This document shows positions 51,780-64,000 of a stretch of DNA of 64,000 nt, piece after piece (position 1 is the stretch's first letter; each line of letters starts with the position of its first letter). Source of the DNA: Octopus sinensis (taxonomy: Eukaryota). The notes beneath the pieces were generated by a model. It saw nothing but the letters and a program-made list of their open reading frames with translations, was not told where the DNA came from and made no database searches. The DNA lies in the NCBI RefSeq assembly GCF_006345805.1, contig NC_043002.1, positions 87,420,001-87,484,000 of the forward strand, read 5' to 3'. Position numbers and translations under genes: made by a program.

Positions 51780-52660
51780 TGGTCAGTCATGGAATTCCAT
51801 ATATCTAGGATTACTGAGACTATCGTGGATACATGTTGTTTCCCAGACATATTGCCCTGTATACAGGTATACGCTAAGAATAGGCGCTCTCACTTCAAAT
51901 ATGCTCACCTCTCATACCCAGATTTAATCTAATTACCTTTTGCTTCATACTCGTCTTCCACCGCAAAAGGAATTTCAAGAGTTCGACGAAGGTGATAAAG
52001 GAAGGTTGGATAAGAAAATTTTTGTCTGCCTTCAGCCTAACATGCAGCTTCTTTCGCTTTCGCCACCAGACTGAAAAACTGCCTGTCTTTCCTAGTCAAA
52101 GAAGACAGTGAAATGATTATCACGGTGGATTCGATGACAGCTGGGTTTGCCCTACACGGAAAATTAGTTGTTCAGCATAATTCCATCTATTAGAAAGGCT
52201 GGGGATACTGAAGGAATATGCACAGGATGCTTTAGTCGCCTTGCACATATCTCTGGCAAAGTCGGCCTATGGTATTTCAATGTCAGTAAAGTTCATCTGA
52301 AACTAGAAATGCACGTCTGTAGCGGAGGTTTCTGGAATTTTTCTACAGTATCTAGCTCGAAAGTTCTCCAGAAAAGACAAACCTGCTAATTCTTTGTCAA
52401 CTTTCAGAGTTTCTAATAAAGCATCGTGGCTTTTCCCCGTCACTTGTTCTTTATAGAAAGTTAATACAGGAGCTCTAACAGCCGCATTGCCCAATCCTTT
52501 CAGCACCCGAGAACATTTTATGTAGTGGGCATCCAGTCTTAGTCCGTGACCCAAGAGTGAAGAGAAGCGTGTCTGAGAAAAAGTGATAGAGCCAGATGAC
52601 TGTCCGAATTTTTTTTAACAATAACAACAACAGATTAAGCAGATTAACTGTAGCCGAAAG
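51780..52660 (-). mobile_element. Possible L1/Tx1-type LINE C-terminal remnant
   Basis: Minus-strand fragments ERQAVFQSLVAKAKEA and a CxRxxQxD-like knuckle remnant resemble the post-RT region of Tx1-like LINEs; heavily decayed. Confidence 0.4.
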
Positions 52661-52880
52661 TGACAAAGGAGAACGAGAAAGAAGACAATGGTAATAAATA
52701 AATTTTAGACAAAAGAATTAGAAATATTGGAGGAGCAATGTAAATGGATTAGGGAACTAAAAACACTAAGGGAAATGTTATCAACGCAGAAAACGGTTGT
52801 GTCAAGAAAAGAAAGTAGAAAAAAGTACAAAAACAAACAGCAATGACCTACTATATTGTAGAGTTGCATTTACCACGCGC

Positions 52881-53315
52881 GGATCTTTTCGGTTTGACCG
52901 GCAGTTTTTTCTAGCGGTGTCATATGAAATTGTCACCCATAATTATGACCCTAGAATCGATCTATTGCATTTCAATCTGTTTTAGGGTTAGGGTTAGTTA
53001 GGGTTATGGTTAGGGGTGGGGGGAAGGGTATCTTTTTTTCTTCACAAGTGTAAATCAACCCAATCTGTTTCTTAAACGAGGGACATATTCATACGGCACA
53101 GAATGTTTTTTTTACCTCAATGGACGTCACTGATTGGTTGAAATTGCAGAAATTGAAGAAAAAAAACAACAAATATCTCACAAACTATAGAATTTTCTCA
53201 ATAAAGCCAAGAGAAAAAGATGTTTTATAAACACATTCTACCAGTATACGAAGTTTACAATTTTTTAGTTACCTAGAAATTATGTTGAAAACTGCCGTTC
53301 AAACCGAAAAGATCC
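52881..53315 (-). mobile_element. Merlin-like MITE, copy 3 (opposite orientation)
   Basis: Same TIRs; perfect TSD CCACGCGC (52873-52880, 53316-53323); internal TTAGGG-like tract ~52981-53020. Confidence 0.9.
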
Positions 53316-54353
53316 CCACGCGCGCGCACACACTCACACACACACACACACACACACATACCGAGCGCGCAAGACAGAGAGAAACAGGAACAGAAATTGA
53401 GATAGCAATAGAAACAGGGGGAGAGAGTGGACATGGGCATCGACGCTGACATTAGGTATTGGATTTAAAGAAAAAGAGCATGAGTTAAGGTATGTGAAGT
53501 AATAGAATGGAACATAATCGGAGAGAAGAAGAACATTTTGTGAATGAAGAATAGCAAATTGAAAGCAATGGCAGGGGAGAAATCAACAGCATAAAGCAGT
53601 ATCGACAGAACGGAATGTTGTTTATAAATAGCGATATAACATTTAGCCAGCAACTTAAGTGTGTTTTAGAACCAGAAAATGTGGAATAAAAGCCGAGATA
53701 ATACCCAAAATAACAGTATCTGGAGAACACATATACAGTATATAAAAATAGCTTTACCAGACACTGGAGATATATTACTTAGCTGAATTACAATACAATA
53801 TATAAAAATCTGTGCGTATCCAGATCGCTGAGAGGTAATGTTTTGTTCAGTTGTGCAGTGAAAGCTCGCAACAGGATGGATGCGTGGCTCCCAGTCACTC
53901 GCGAATGAATCCTGTTGTTAGCTCAACTGAATCACCTACCCCTGAATTAACGCGAAAGAGGCTGAGCATTTCCCAGATACATGTACACTTAACATAATTG
54001 TGAGGCAGAATCAGTACAACATAGTGCATGTGACGAAGTTGTAAATTTGAATCACAAGTTCTTTCTATCCAAAGAGCTTTTATGTAGCTTTCGTCCGCCT
54101 AATTTCATTAACAAGGTAAGGATACACTCGAGATTTTAGAAAATGACTATTGTTCAATATGCCACACAGTACGATCGAATCCAGAACCTCGGGGTTGTGA
54201 AGCGTTCGGCCACAACGCATCTGCGAATAATAACTACTAAAACAATAATAACTTGTGGGTTTCGTGGATAATTTTGACTTTATAAAATTCTCTATTTCTA
54301 TTTTGATGCATAATTTTATAGATCTAAACATTCATTATAAAACATTCTTTCAA

Positions 54354-54590
54354 AGGCGGCGAACTGGCAGAAACGTTAGCACGCCGGGCGAAATGTTTAG
54401 CGGTATTTCGTCTGCCGTAACGTTCTGAGTTCCAATTCCACCGAGGTCGACATTGCCTTTCATCCTTTCGGGGGTCAATAAATTAAGTACCAGTTACGTA
54501 CTGGGGTCGATGCAATCGACTTCATCCCTTTGTCTGTCCTTGTTTGTCCCGTCTATGTTTATCCCTCTGTGGGCAATAAAAAAATAAAAT
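54354..54590 (+). mobile_element. Family M SINE monomer (tail A)
   Basis: Close match to 393-615. Confidence 0.9.
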
Positions 54591-55448
54591 ATTCATCATA
54601 AAACAAATGGGTAACACTCAAACTTGCTTCTTTATCTCAAAGTGTTCATTATGTTTTCAAATTCGTTCTATCGTTAGATCTGTTTCAAGCGCAACATTCG
54701 AAGACATGATCACCTGGTCTGGCAGAATAATATAAATAATATCGGAGAGTAAATAACAAAAGAGAACTCTACTTCATTGCTCCGAAGAAAATAAACGACG
54801 AAGATACTAGGTAATAGTTTAATTTGTTAGCAAAGATTGCATTGCGTTTTTTCTCATATATGTATAATGTATTTCCGACCGATGTTGGCACTAATGGTCG
54901 ACTAACCATGACATATAAATGCACTAACGGAACACAAGGCAAAATAGCCACCAGGTAGATTTACCCTCGCCTCCAAATAAAAATTGCAAACAATATAAAT
55001 TAGTTATAACTTAAATTTCATCCACGGTTATAAGAAAATGCGTGCTTTCGATTTGACGCGTAAAACGTACGAAAACTGGAGCGTGGAAATCTCTGCATCG
55101 CCAGAATCTAACATTCTGTTACTCGATGGTAAAAAAATAATAATCTAAGTAAAGGGCCATACGCTTTTCTTTATGTCCCGCAAATAAAACAGAAGACGTA
55201 TAAATCGATCGATATGAGAAGAATATCTTTCTACATTATATGCTCATTCTGCAGTTACGTTCTAAAATCTAAACCCAAACTATAACATGTGCCTATAATA
55301 TCTGGAAAATGTATATCTAACATAAATAACTTTAGAATTTATAAGACTAAGAGTAGCTAGATACATTCTCAAAAGAAAAGAAAAAAAATCTTTTAGATAT
55401 AGCCATAGAGCACCTAAAAGAAATAAAACATAACTAAACAATGATGAA

Positions 55449-55862
55449 CAGGAGTGGCTGTGTGGTAAGTAGCTTGTTTACCAACTACATGGTTCCGGGT
55501 TCAGTCCCATTGCGTGGCACCTTGGGCAAGTGTCTTCTACTATAGCCTCGGGCCGACCAAAGCCTTGTGAGTGGACTTGGAAGACGGAAACTGAAAGAAG
55601 CCCGTCGTATATATGTATATCTATATATATATGTGTGTGTGGGGGTAGGTGTATATGTTTGTGTGTCTGCGTTTGTCCCCCCCCACCCAACATCGCTTGA
55701 CAACCGATGCTGGTGTGTAACTTAGCGGTTCGGCAAAAGAGACCGATAGAATAAGTACTAGGCTTACAAAGAATAAGTCCTGGGGCGATTTGCTCGACTA
55801 AAGGCGGTGCTCCAGCATGGCCACAGTCACATGACTGAAACAAGTAAAAAGTAAAAAAAAAA
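55449..55862 (+). mobile_element. Family C SINE, full length
   Basis: Head, CORE-like GGCACCTTGGGCAAGTG, TA/TG spacer, tail GTAAAAA repeats. Confidence 0.92.
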
Positions 55863-56177
55863 GTAAGTAATCAAAATGTAAACAATGTTCTTTACAAACA
55901 TAAAGCACAAAATTTGATAACATGAATCGTTAAGATAAATTTAGCGCAAGCAAAACAAATGAAATAAATAAGAAAGCCTCATCAATGTGAAATCCCAGTC
56001 TACTGCGGAATACCGACCAAGAAAATGCAAACCAGAATAGCACAAGCTAAAATATGAATAAAGGGGAATATAATTAACTTGCAAGACCTGAAAATTCTAA
56101 GGATGAAAATTTGGAATACGGAAATGATTCTAAGGTTTAAATAAAGAATTAGAAGCAATGGAAGACAGAGAATGTCT

Positions 56178-56583
56178 ATGCTACCCACAAGGGGCTAAAC
56201 ATAGAGGGGGAATAACAAGGACAGACAAACGGATTAAGTCGATTATATCGACCCCAGTGTGTAACTGGTACTTATTTATCGACCCCGAAAGAATGAAAGG
56301 CAAAGTCGACCTCGGCGGAATTTGAACTCAGAATGTAAAGACAGACGAAATGCCTATTTCTTTACTACCCACAAGGGGCTAAACATAGAGGAGACAAACA
56401 AGGACAGACAAATGCATTAAGTCGATTACATCGACCCCAATGTGTAACTGGTACTTAACATATCGACCCCGAAAGGATGAAAGGCAAATTCGACCTCGGC
56501 GGATTTTGAACCCAGAACGTAACGGCAGACGAAATACGGCTACGCATTTCGCCCGGCGTGCTAATGTATCTGCCAGCTCGCCG
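56178..56583 (-). mobile_element. Family M SINE dimer (A + headless A)
   Basis: Two copies of CTACCCACAAGGGGCTAAACATAGAGG tail, same junction as the other dimers. Confidence 0.9.
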
Positions 56584-56754
56584 CAATAACGTACCTGTCA
56601 ACAGTGTATATATGTCAAGTATGATATATTCATGGTTATTTTAATTCTATGCTGTTTGGCTGTTTCAATTGCGTACATCGAATCTTTATTCAGCCCAGCG
56701 GCTACCCGCAATACAAGTGAATATATTATTCATTGTTTCCTATACATCAGAGGG

Positions 56755-57098
56755 GTGAGGGCGCGTGGCTTAGTGGTTAGGGCATTCGGCTCAGTGGTTA
56801 GGGCATTCGGCTCATGATCGTAAGGTTGTGAGTTCGATTCCCGGCGACGCGTTGTGTCCTTGAGCAAGACACTTTATTTCACGTTGCTCCAGTCCACTCA
56901 GCTGGCAAAAATGAGTTGTACTTGTATTTCAAAGGGTCAGCCTTGTCACTCTCTGTGTCACGCTGATTATCCCCGAGAACTACGTTAAGGGTACACGTGT
57001 CTGTGGAATGCTCAGCCATTTGCACGTTAATTTCACGAACAAGCTGTTCCGTTGATCGTATCAGCTGGGACCCTCGTCGTCGTAACCGGCGGAGTCTT
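56755..57098 (+). mobile_element. Mosaic SINE: head and middle as 17041, 3' domain as family K; A-box region tandemly duplicated
   Basis: AGTGGTTAGGGCATTCGGCTC occurs twice in tandem; switch to TGTA(C/T)TTGTATTTCAAAGGG at ~56915. Confidence 0.88.
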
Positions 57099-57439
57099 TA
57101 GATTCATCAGAGGGAACATATTTCATCTAGACATATGATTAGCGAGTAAACATTATTGACAAAACACAAGACAACCGAAGCGCATCAGACATTCTCGTGG
57201 GACACTGCTGAGACGATGTTTGCGGTGCTCCGAAATATGTTGTGCTTTTAACACATGTCTTTAAAGAGATGTTCTCTTAGATAACAGCATATATACATAA
57301 AATATGAAACATGATGGCTTTATAATTTTTGCCGCTTGAGCTGTGTACACCTAGTATTTTTAAGTCACTCTGTTTTTCTTTCCAAATCTCCAAGTTTTAG
57401 CCAAACGATTAGGAGCTTCACGGAATTGAATTTAGGAAA

Positions 57440-57850
57440 TTAGGCTAGAATAAAGAAATCCATCAGAGAAGTGATTATTCCAACATTTACCACAAAGGCT
57501 GTCAAAAAATGGCCAAGCGACTATTCCTTGGAGCGTGTCAATTCACATAGACAGGGAAATTACAGTACTTTGATCTGATATAATTGACTATTATCAACAG
57601 GGAAAGAAATATCTCATAATGAGTTCCAATATACGACAATACGGTCTCCAAAAGAACTAGAGAAAGTATCCAAATACAACGATATAGAAACAGAGAGAAC
57701 CGGAGTGAAGGTGCTTAATAAAAAAAAGGGCCGACGCTTCGGGAATGATTAATACAATATGTAGACAAATACATACTAAAAACCTGAAGGTTGGCACAAG
57801 TACACAGCATATCTAAAATTATTTACAATATTTTCAATTTTTAATTCTTC
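57440..57850 (+). mobile_element. Degraded R4/Dong-type RLE 3' remnant ending at (TAA)n (57853-57948)
   Basis: GTGTCAATTCACATAGACAGGGAAATT (xSIHxDREI) and KELEKVSKYNDIETE match the 32824 copy. Confidence 0.6.
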
Positions 57851-57851
57851 C

Positions 57852-57948
<97 letters not shown>

Positions 57949-57949
57949 T

Positions 57950-58160
57950 CTTTCTACTAAAGGCACAAAGCCTTAAATTTTGGGGAGGAACTAGTCGATT
58001 ACATCGACCCCAGTACTCAACTGGTACATATTTTACCAACTCCGAAAGGATGAAAGGCAAAGTCGACCTAAGCGGAATTTCAACTCTGAACGTGAAGACG
58101 AACGAAATGCCTCTAAGCATTTAGCCCGGCGTGCTAACGATTCTGCCAGCTCGCCACCTT
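57950..58160 (-). mobile_element. Family M SINE monomer (tail B)
   Basis: Reverse complement of head, central domain and CCAAAATTTAAGGCTTTGTGCC tail. Confidence 0.88.
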
Positions 58161-59713
58161 AACTATAAAACATAGGCTAATAATAGCACACCGAGCACCG
58201 GTCTGCACTTTGGAAACCTTTTGAATGGAAATATATCTCATTCTACTTAGTTTTAACGCTGTTCTGAATGTTCTTCATGCTGTGAATAACTTTCGGTTTC
58301 CTGTTTAATTAAAAATTAAAATGATACGATATAATCCCCCAAAATATGTTTACAGCGGAAATAATAAAACATACGAATCTAATATATATAATATTTCTAA
58401 TGGATATTTTACATTTCAAATACCATCGGAAATAAATGGTCTGCCAAACTAATTTTCAACTAGCCTTTAGTATACCTCTGCCAGTAAACGTTTAATTTGC
58501 TCAGTAGCTGTTCTTGTTAGCGTTTCTTGGAAAATAGTCAAATTGATTATATGGAAAGATTCATCTTTACATTATTCTTACATGGAAGATGATGAAATCT
58601 ATCAATCGTTTTAAACTATATTTTTATATATCTCAAACTTTCGCACTTCACTGAAGATTCGAAGAGCATTCTTAAATACTTGCCAGCTTTTCAACGTAAC
58701 TTTAAACACAGTTGTCAAAATCGACACCTTTCATCAGTTCCCCGATTTGTAGTTTAATAAAAATAGCAGCTTTTTTTAAAAATATCGACTCATTGGTGCC
58801 AAGAAACTTATTATAAAGGTAGTTCAATATTTCCTTATCTATATTCAAATCTTTTATAAAACATGATTATTCTTACTTCATGTGTAACAGTGCGAAAATA
58901 AATTAAATTTGGAAGGAGTTTTGAAAGACGAATTGCATTAATAGCTTTAAATTATGACAAACGCCTATCATTCAACTACGGTAGTAGTTGAATAATATTC
59001 TTAAGGCCGCATTTTACTCACACGCAGCACCTTTCAGAGTTTGTCGCTAACTCAGTTCCAATTCTTAACCAAACTGAACACTAACATTTTGGAAGTGGAT
59101 TGTCCCTAGCTACAGTTTGGTATACGACAATTGAGATTTGATCCAGTAGAAAAAAGTTTACATCAAAATTTGTAGCTACGTTATAGGAGAGCAAGTAACG
59201 ATACCAATCAAGTTAAGATTTAAATAACTTTTTTTATTTGAAAAGCAAACTATGTTTATCTTAGCTTCAAAGATAGAAGAAAGCATGGAAAATTTCATAG
59301 TTTTGGTCCTATGCAACAAAAATTTGTATAAAAAATATTGTGAGGTAAAATATTATGAAAAGAAATATAAGTATGGCAAAAAGATGGATTTAAGTATAAG
59401 TTCCTTTTTTTATTTTAAAATAAACTATATTTTGATTAAGCTTAAATGATAGAGCTCAATTCGAAAAATTTCATGGTATCAATTTCATGCAATGAAGTTT
59501 TAAAAGAGAAAAGTTATGAATGTCTCTTTCTCAAATTTGTGGGTGATAATGTACTTCTATACTTTTTTATGAATATAGTTTTTTAATGGGACATTTAATA
59601 TATGTCACCAGCGTCATTGAGGTAAGGAACAAAATTATTAATGGCACTGCTAATTGGCACGTTTGACAATATTAATTAGTATAATAGCATACCCTGGAAA
59701 TAAATTGGATTTG

Positions 59714-60497
59714 ATGGGAAAATGTGGGCAAGAGAAATAATATTCTTAAGATTATAAATTACAGGACGAGTTATTACATTTGGAAAAGTTCGGGAAAACT
59801 TATTACATCTGGTAAAGTACAGAAATTTTTATTTAAAATATTGCAGCTAAGGATAAAATTTGAACATTAAAATTATTTGATTTTAATTTACAAAGTAACA
59901 TTATAATTAAAAAAACCGTACCATCATTTTGTTTAAATTTTGACACACTAGAATACTTAAAAACTGAGAGTCAGAAGTACAAATACAGCTAACGTTTTAT
60001 GCAAAGTAGAATAGTATAAATGTTAGGCAAATTTTAATGTGAATTTGTTGTTATGCGTAGATTTTACTGTAATATATAACTAATTTTCGTATTATTCTAT
60101 TTATTGTACTAACTAATTATCTACTACTATTATTTTTTATAACCTATTTTCTAATTTCTAATTATTAATTGATAATTTAAAAAATGAACTTTTTTAAAGT
60201 GCAAAAAATATTTTGAGTTATTTTTTATTTTTGATAGAAGTATTAAGTAATAACAAATAAAGGTAATAACTTATAATAACATTTTTAGTTTTCATAAAAG
60301 CTAATATTTTCTAAATCTAAATATTTTATTTGAAATTTTATCCTTAGCTGTGATATTTTTAAGTAAAAATGTTCTTGTTCTGTTCTTTACCAGATGTCAT
60401 AAGTTGTCCTGAACTTTTCCAAGTGTAGTAACTTCTCCTGTAATTTTGCAGGTTTATAATCTTAAGAATATTATTTCTCTTGCTCGCATTTTTCCAT
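59714..60497. repeat. Large AT-rich foldback element (~170-bp imperfect arms)
   Basis: 59714-59883 matches the reverse complement of ~60313-60497 (GCAAGAGAAATAATATTCTTAAGATTATAAA..TTGGAAAAGTTC..ACATCTGGTAAAG..CAGCTAAGGATAAAATTT). Confidence 0.85.
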
Positions 60498-60717
60498 GTA
60501 ATTTAATATTGGTGAGGTTATAATTTTAACGGGACAAGTGTCAACTCTGTCAGTCTCTAAACATAAGAAACATGCAGTCAATGTATAACGGAACTAAAAC
60601 TCATATTTGATTGTTATTAATTTTAAATCAACATAACCCAATTGTGCTCATGAAAATTTATCACTCTTTTCTCAGTATTTTTGTTTAAATTGTTTCAGTC
60701 TACTTAAAAAAGTTTCG

Positions 60718-60842
60718 TGTACATGGTTCCGGGTTCTGTCCCTATGCATAGCACCTTAGGCAAGTGTCTTCTATAGCCTCGGGCAGCCCCAAGCCTTTTG
60801 AGTGGATTTGGTAAACGAAACCTGAAAGAATCCTGTCGTATA
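60718..60842 (+). mobile_element. Family C SINE 5' fragment
   Basis: ACATGGTTCCGGGTTC..GCACCTTAGGCAAGTGTCTTC..GAGTGGATTTGGTAAACGAAAC. Confidence 0.8.
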
Positions 60843-60947
60843 TATATATATTATATATTATATATATATATCATATATATATATATATATATACATACAT
60901 ATTTTTTGCACTTTAAAAAAGTTCATTTTTTAAATTATCAATTAATA

Positions 60948-60998
<51 letters not shown>

Positions 60999-61164
60999 CA
61001 TATATGTATGCATATATATATATACATATATATATGCATATATATATATACATATATATATACATATATATATGCATATATATAATACATATATATATGT
61101 ATATGTATACAGACTTATATACATATGTGTATATGATGTATATATATATATACATATATATGGA

Positions 61165-61547
61165 TGGAAGCACTCCGTCGGTTACGACGACGAGGGTTCC
61201 GGTTGATCCGATCAACGGAACAGCCTGCTCGTGAAATTAACGTGTAAGTGGCTGAGCATTCCACAGACACGTGTACCCTTAACGTAGTTCTCGGGGATAT
61301 TCAGCGTGACATAGAGAGTGACAAGGCCGGCCCTTTGAAATACAGGTACAACAGAAACAGGAAGTAAGAGTGAGAGAAAGTTGTGGTGAAAGAGTACAGC
61401 AGGGATCACCACCATCCCTGCCGGAGCCTCATGGATCTTTAGGTGTTTTCGCTCAATAAACACTCACAACGCCCGGTCTGGGAATCGAAACCGCGATCCT
61501 ACGACCGCGAGTCCGCTGCCCTAAACACTGGGCCATTGCGCTTCCAC
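61165..61547 (-). mobile_element. Family K SINE, full length, inserted in (TA)n
   Basis: Nearly identical by eye to 6066-6449. Confidence 0.92.
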
Positions 61548-61598
61548 ACATATATATACATATATACATATAGAATGATAGAAGGTAGAAAAAGTATG

Positions 61599-61692
<94 letters not shown>

Positions 61693-61805
61693 ATATATGT
61701 ATATATATATATATATATATATTCTATACATCTATCTATCTACCTTTCAACATTTCTATATGTATATATGCATATATACACATCATATGCACATACACAC
61801 ACAGA

Positions 61806-62426
<621 letters not shown>

Positions 62427-62429
62427 ATA

Positions 62430-62589
62430 CGACGAGCTTTTACAGTTTCCGTCTACCAAATCCACTCACAAAGCTTTAGTCGGACCGAGGTTATAGTAGA
62501 AGACACCTGCCCAAGGTGCTGCGCAGTGGGAATGAACCCGGAACCATATGGTTAGTAAGCAAGTTTCATACCACACGGTCACTCCTACG

Positions 62590-62592
<3 letters not shown>
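62430..62592 (-). mobile_element. Family C SINE 5' half
   Basis: CAGTTTCCGTCTACCAAATCCACTCAC..CCCAAGGTGC..ACTCCTACGCCTA. Confidence 0.85.
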
Positions 62593-62638
<46 letters not shown>

Positions 62639-62651
62639 TATATACTATATA

Positions 62652-62710
<59 letters not shown>

Positions 62711-62717
62711 GTATACA

Positions 62718-63694
62718 TAAAAATCTTTGCAGATGACTCCATGCTACAGAAGGTCATAAATGAGGCGAGTGACCGGACATGCCTTCAGTCAGATCTACTG
62801 GCTGTTATCCAATGGGCAGAAAAAAACAATATACTGCTGAACGAGGATAAATTTGAGCTAATCCACTTTGGAAAAGAGGATGCCCTGAAACTCCCATACT
62901 CCCTTCCTTCAGATGAAACTCTCGCGGCGTCCAACAACATCAGAGACCTGGGAGTAATTGTGGACAACAACATAAGCTGGGCCACTCATATAAACACCAA
63001 AGTTGACATGGCCCGCAGAATGTGTTCCTGGATTCTCAGAACTTTCCAGTCGAGAGATATCCACACCATTATCCTTCTCTTCTCCACTTTGCTCGACCCC
63101 ACCTTGAATACTGTTGTCCACTGTGGTCTCCCCACACAATACAAGGTATCATAAAAGTTGAAGCACCTCAAAGGGCAATCACAAAAAAGATAGATGGCAT
63201 GACAGACCTCGACTATTGGGGTCGACTAGAAAAGCTAAAACTCTATTCTATCCAACGTCGGCGTGAGCGCTACATCATCTGCATGATGTGGAAAATATTC
63301 CATCAGCATTGCCCAAATGATGTTGGCATCACCTTTAAGGTACATCCAAGGCTTGGGCCCCGTGCCATCCGCCCAAAACAAAAATCGCACTCTCATCTCA
63401 TAACAACAATACGGCACAATTATTTCACCTCAATTGGCCCCGCTCTCTTTAACATTACACCAAAACACATTAAAACAGAAACTGACCCTATAGGGTTCAA
63501 GAAGTCTTTGGACAGATTCCTTCAAGAAATCCCGGATAAACCCCCTACACCCGGATATGTCTCTGTAAACAATAACTCTCTACTTGAGTGGGCCATAGTG
63601 CCCAAATTCTGACTTGAAAGACTTCACCAGGTGGTGCTATTAAGTTAGACATGGTCTGGGCCAATAATGGCCGAAACTATCAAAGTATCAAAGT
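62718..63694 (+). mobile_element. CR1-clade LINE, copy 2: RT from the FADD motif to the 3' end, one frameshift near 63088
   Basis: KIFADDS..LQSDL..QWAEKN..KFELIHFG..RDLGVIVD..ARPHLEYCCPLWSP..LKLYSIQRRRERY; stem-loop GGCCA-ATAA-TGGCC; tail (TATCAAAG)2. Confidence 0.92.
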
Positions 63695-63806
63695 ATATAT
63701 ATATGTATATATATATACACATATATATATATATATATGATATATATATATATTATATATATATATACATATATATATATGTATATATATGTATATATAT
63801 GTATAT

Positions 63807-63837
<31 letters not shown>

Positions 63838-64000
63838 GTATAAATATATATACATATATATGTATACATATATATATATATGTATACATATATACATATA
63901 TATGTATATATATACATATATATGTATACTATATATATATGTATACATATATATATATGTATACATATATATATATTATATATATATATGTATACATATA
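63695..64000. repeat. Interrupted (TA)n/(TACATA)-type microsatellite
   Basis: Directly visible. Confidence 0.95.

Overview
AT-rich (intergenic/intronic) eukaryotic DNA, most likely an octopus or related cephalopod. This is inferred from the tRNA-derived SINE families, which I recognise from memory and did not search. The window is dominated by microsatellites ((TA)n, (CA)n, (TATC)n, (TAA)n, (GAT)n, (CAC)n), roughly 30 SINE copies or fragments of three module types (labelled M, C and K here), and decayed transposons: mariner, hAT, maT/DD37D-like, Tc1, Tc2-like MITE, Merlin-like MITEs, a Helitron-N, a Penelope-like element (RT thumb + GIY-YIG), R4/Dong-type RLE LINEs, CR1 LINEs and possible RTE and L1/Tx1 remnants. 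No intact long gene is visible, and nearly all ORFs in the supplied track are microsatellite or antisense artefacts. The most notable observations are: a minimal type-I hammerhead-ribozyme-like motif (31220-31263); a mariner > hAT > SINE nest with recoverable TSDs (3551-8811); three phase-compatible candidate exons on the minus strand, one split by a MITE with a perfect TSD; a rearranged U6 snRNA pseudogene; a perfect 172-bp palindrome centred on (TA)n; and several foldback elements. I found no firm evidence of a wholly new system; the ribozyme-bearing repeat and the unidentified exon chain are the best leads. Boundaries of decayed elements are approximate (tens of bp). Some exact duplications may be long-read assembly artefacts.
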